A stretch of DNA of 63,218 bases, the filler included, from Candidatus Babelota bacterium (GTDB lineage Bacteria; JAGOBX01): the NCBI GenBank assembly GCA_017999075.1. It is 12 parts of 12 records of this genome, joined end to end, with 100 filler letters (N's around TTAATTAATTAA, not from the genome) between each part and the next. Parts side by side here need not be neighbours in the genome. Positions count along the whole stretch, not along the records: positions 60,512 to 63,218 come from JAGOBX010000562.1; 11 more parts are not named here. One strand, 5' to 3'. The notes under the pieces were generated by a model. The model worked only from the letters and a program-made list of their open reading frames with translations. It ran no database searches and was not told the origin of the DNA. Below are positions 62,869-63,218 of this stretch, piece after piece (position 1 is the first letter of the stretch; each line of letters starts with the position of its first letter). Made by a program: the position numbers and the translations under genes.

Positions 62869-63218
62869 ATGGAAAATAAAAATATTGAATTGTCAGTAAT
62901 AGTTTTATGTTACAGAACTGAAGAACAAATCATTCCTTTTGTCGATAAATTAAAAAACATATTAGTTAAACTGACAGATTCATGGCAGCTTGTTTTGGTT
63001 GGAAATTATATAGAAAATTCAAATGACAAGACAAAAGATATTGTTTTAAAACTTGCTTCAAATGATAACAGAATTAAAGCTGTAGCCGAACCCAAAAAAG
63101 GTATGATGGGTTGGGATATGCGCAAAGGAATGGAAGCTGCCGAAGGAAAATATTTATGCGTTATAGATGGCGATGGTCAGTTTCCTATTGAAAGCATAGA
63201 ATTATGTTTTAGACTTAT
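62869..63218 (+). CDS. Glycosyltransferase family 2 (polyprenol-phosphate sugar synthase-like), runs off window
   Basis: Manual translation (not in ORF track): MENKNIELSVIVLCYRTEEQI...SNDKT...GMEAAEGKYLCVIDGDGQFP. Confidence 0.9.
   Translation, partial: MENKNIELSVIVLCYRTEEQIIPFVDKLKNILVKLTDSWQLVLVGNYIENSNDKTKDIVLKLASNDNRIKAVAEPKKGMMGWDMRKGMEAAEGKYLCVIDGDGQFPIESIELCFRL

Overview
The window is not one locus. It is 12 separate contigs from a very AT-rich diderm bacterium (TonB receptor, beta-barrels, ExbB-like and type IV pilus genes; probably a MAG or SAG). They are joined by 11 artificial 100-nt linkers (N44-TTAATTAATTAA-N44), so gene context is valid only within a contig. Most content is housekeeping (hisI, rpiB, trpC, mnmA, queC, mtnN, cca, thrC, apt, EF-G2), envelope glycosylation (GT2, two GT87, GT39-like, YfhO, B12 radical SAMs), transport (TBDR+ECF, ABC) and a ~2500-aa TPR protein. 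The most unusual items are: (1) a lipoprotein built from four tandem SpoVG-like domains, a fold normally cytoplasmic and nucleic-acid binding; (2) a candidate defence cassette of nuclease-DUF2075 helicase, DUF6884 and a GIY-YIG-like nuclease; (3) four in-frame TAA codons interrupting three otherwise intact genes; (4) a perfect 21-bp inverted repeat around a 51-bp core between divergent genes (possible invertible promoter); (5) a 96-aa PolX-PHP remnant made by a large in-frame internal deletion; (6) a degenerate transglycosylase coupled to a formyltransferase. No rRNA, tRNA, CRISPR array or transposase was recognised. All family calls come from motif recognition by eye, not from database searches.
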